This document shows, piece by piece, positions 61,971 through 64,000 of a stretch of DNA of 64,000 bases. The stretch covers positions 288,001-352,000 of the forward strand of contig OY820579.1 of the NCBI GenBank assembly GCA_963681965.1, read 5' to 3'. A model generated the notes under the pieces. That model was not told where the DNA came from. It was given only the letters and a program-made list of their open reading frames with translations, and did no database searches. The DNA is from a bacterium. GTDB taxonomy: Bacteria; Electryoneota; JAOADG01. Each line of letters starts with the position of its first letter. Within the stretch, counting starts at the first letter, position 1. The position numbers were made by a program, and so were the translations under genes.

Positions 61971-62252
61971 TCACGGGTTACAGCTTTTTTTTATTACATT
62001 TTCAAACGAGAAACCATTCTTGTCATTCATTTCCTTCAAATCCCGTTCAGCTTTCTCCATTAAAGGCTTTGCTTTTTTCTTCAAAGAATTAAGCTGATCT
62101 ATTAATCTGTCAATATCTCCCTCTACTTCAGGGATCGTCATTTGAGGTGTCAGATAGGTTGTTCCGTCTTCTTTCTTTGTGCACGAGCTTAAGACAACCT
62201 GTGCGAAAGTCAATCCATTATGTGCTACTATTTGTAAACGAACCGATGACAT
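61971..62252 (-). CDS. Small low-GC hypothetical protein
   Basis: AGGAGA RBS before ATG at 62252 (MSSVRLQ); C-terminal coiled coil. Confidence 0.55.
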   Translation of the reverse strand: MSSVRLQIVAHNGLTFAQVVLSSCTKKEDGTTYLTPQMTIPEVEGDIDRLIDQLNSLKKKAKPLMEKAERDLKEMNDKNGFSFENVIKKSCNP

Positions 62253-62373
62253 CTGATCTCCTATTTTATAGAAGTAACTTTTATCAAGCATAGTCAATAA
62301 ATGGCGCGGGGAGGGGGGCTTTCGCCCCACTCGCTAACTTGTGGAAATCAATATCTCATCAATGTTTCATTTC

Positions 62374-62592
62374 TCATTTGGGTTGGAATTCTCCCCGCAG
62401 TAGCGATAGCCCGCACCAAATGTTCTTAAAGATATTTAAGTTGTACATATCAATCTCCTTTCCTAATTTCATTATCGCAAAGAATACTGGAATTATTGCG
62501 AGGAGTCCTATTTCCAACCCAAACGAGACACTGAAATAAGTGACACTGACAAGAATATTAATTTTTAACCATACCACACTTTTTGAATACAC
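62374..62592 (-). CDS. Possible small membrane protein or gene remnant
   Basis: 72-aa hydrophobic ORF in AT-rich DNA; no recognisable motif. Confidence 0.25.
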   Translation of the reverse strand: MYSKSVVWLKINILVSVTYFSVSFGLEIGLLAIIPVFFAIMKLGKEIDMYNLNIFKNIWCGLSLLRGEFQPK

Positions 62593-62608
62593 TAGCTCAT
62601 TGTTATAG

Positions 62609-64000
62609 TTATAGCATCCGAAGTCCGAGGATCCCGCCGATCCAGCCGCGCTTGTAGTAGCTGCCGGAATGACTCTTGTAAAATGCGGGCGACATCAACT
62701 CGGAACCGTCGGAGTAGTGCGAGAACATAAAATTCATACTCGGTCCGGCGAACAGCACAAAGTCGTCGGACACTTTTAGATTCCAGCTATATTGGAATTT
62801 CAATAAGGTGGCAATGTTCGGCTTGGTGCCGAATTGTAAATCGTTTTCAAAATTCAATAGATAAAATTCCGTACCGAATTCGGTATGATATCCGGTGTAA
62901 CGCTTGATCTTACCGAAACCGCCGCCAAACACCGTAATGTTGGGCGAACCGTATGCGGCATAACCGACGGCAATACGGTTGTACCAATCTTTGTTGCCGG
63001 TACGAAGCGAAGTAAAGGCATTACCCATTTCGTCGCCGAATAGTTCCCCGCGAGCGCCATGCTTTTGCGAATAGCTGATCAGACCAAGTTCGGCACCTTC
63101 GGATTCACCGGCGAAATTAATTAAACCCATTTGGCAACCGTTGGAAGACTTCGCAAAATTCACGGTTCCGATCTGCATTCCCGACATAGTACCATTGACA
63201 AAATTCAATGCGCCGCTTCCGATCATCCCATCGACATCGCCGTTGATCACATTGACTGCGCCCGCCGCAATCAAACCATCGGCTTTGTTGCCGATAATAT
63301 TCGCGGTACCAGCGCCAATCATGCCATCGGCGCTGCCGCGCGATAGGTTGAAGACACCGGATAAGATCACACCGGAACTGCTACCGCCATTCAGCAATCC
63401 ACCGCCATCGACAATAATACCGTCGCAATCTTTTCGCGCGATATTGAAACTGCCGGCATACTGAATTCCACTCATCGAACCGCCGGTGATATTCGCGAAT
63501 CCGGCACCCTGCACTCCGTTGATCGATTTGCGTCCGACATTCGCCAAACCGACTAGTTGCACGCCGTTAATCGATCTTCCGGAAACATTTCCCAGTCCGG
63601 CAAAATTGAGTCCGTTGATGTCTTCCGCAGCTAGGTTGCCGATTCCACCGAGTCCGATGCCGGAAAGATCGCCGCCGGATAGATTCAGACCAGCCGTGAA
63701 TTGTGCGCCAGTCATTGCTTTGCCGGATTGATTCAAGGCACCGGCAATCATCCAGCCGTTGGCATCTTCGCGGACCCAATTCCAAATACCGCCGATCGCC
63801 CCTTTTTCGAGACGATCACATCGACCGGCGAGCAAATTGAGAGCATAGCGATCGCTGATTTTTTTATCGTTGGGAAAAGCGGAACCGATCGACAGACCGG
63901 GCACAAGACTTAGATCGAATTTCACGTGATAATATTTCGTGGAATCGAGTTCCGTCTTACTTTCTGCGAAAGCAAAAGGCAAAATCAGCGATATAGTGAT
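62609..64000 (-). CDS. Gly-rich repeat surface protein (LA_2272-like G.Q.AG..N repeats); 5' end outside the window
   Basis: ~15-aa repeats such as NGVQLVGLANV and SGIQYAGSFNI, then a C-terminal beta-barrel-like region; frame open to the window end. Confidence 0.75.
   Translation of the reverse strand: MTISLILPFAFAESKTELDSTKYYHVKFDLSLVPGLSIGSAFPNDKKISDRYALNLLAGRCDRLEKGAIGGIWNWVREDANGWMIAGALNQSGKAMTGAQFTAGLNLSGGDLSGIGLGGIGNLAAEDINGLNFAGLGNVSGRSINGVQLVGLANVGRKSINGVQGAGFANITGGSMSGIQYAGSFNIARKDCDGIIVDGGGLLNGGSSSGVILSGVFNLSRGSADGMIGAGTANIIGNKADGLIAAGAVNVINGDVDGMIGSGALNFVNGTMSGMQIGTVNFAKSSNGCQMGLINFAGESEGAELGLISYSQKHGARGELFGDEMGNAFTSLRTGNKDWYNRIAVGYAAYGSPNITVFGGGFGKIKRYTGYHTEFGTEFYLLNFENDLQFGTKPNIATLLKFQYSWNLKVSDDFVLFAGPSMNFMFSHYSDGSELMSPAFYKSHSGSYYKRGWIGGILGLRML

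Noticed and set aside
61971-62608. Integron cassettes (attC) around the small AT-rich ORFs
   Set aside because: No convincing paired RYYYAAC/GTTRRRY boxes and no integrase in the window.

Overview
This is a ~50% GC bacterial chromosome segment in standard genetic code 11. It is probably from an FCB-superphylum-type lineage, inferred from secreted proteins with YPNP-type C-terminal sorting domains. The left end is a probable rRNA-operon leader on the minus strand (two consensus sigma70 promoters plus boxA). Housekeeping content: pepF, a beta-CASP nuclease, a long minus-strand run mutL-miaA-pyk-macA-macB-tolC-TPR-aminopeptidase-S8 protease-coaE, citF with a distant citD-citE fusion, sod, an lpxL-like acyltransferase, system II cytochrome c biogenesis genes, tgt-yajC-def and groES-groL. 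Accessory content: a HEPN-MNT pair, a low-GC DUF4062/YgiT islet, a FecR/beta-barrel/CHASE2-cyclase cluster, a TerY-P triad, a RAYT transposase with REPs inside its own reading frame, and two families of dispersed palindromic repeats. The best finding is missed by the ORF track: a 732-aa secreted Omp28/thioredoxin-like protein whose in-frame TGA forms a UxxC motif and is followed by a SECIS-like hairpin, i.e. a probable exported selenoprotein. All family assignments come from motif recognition by eye, not database searches.
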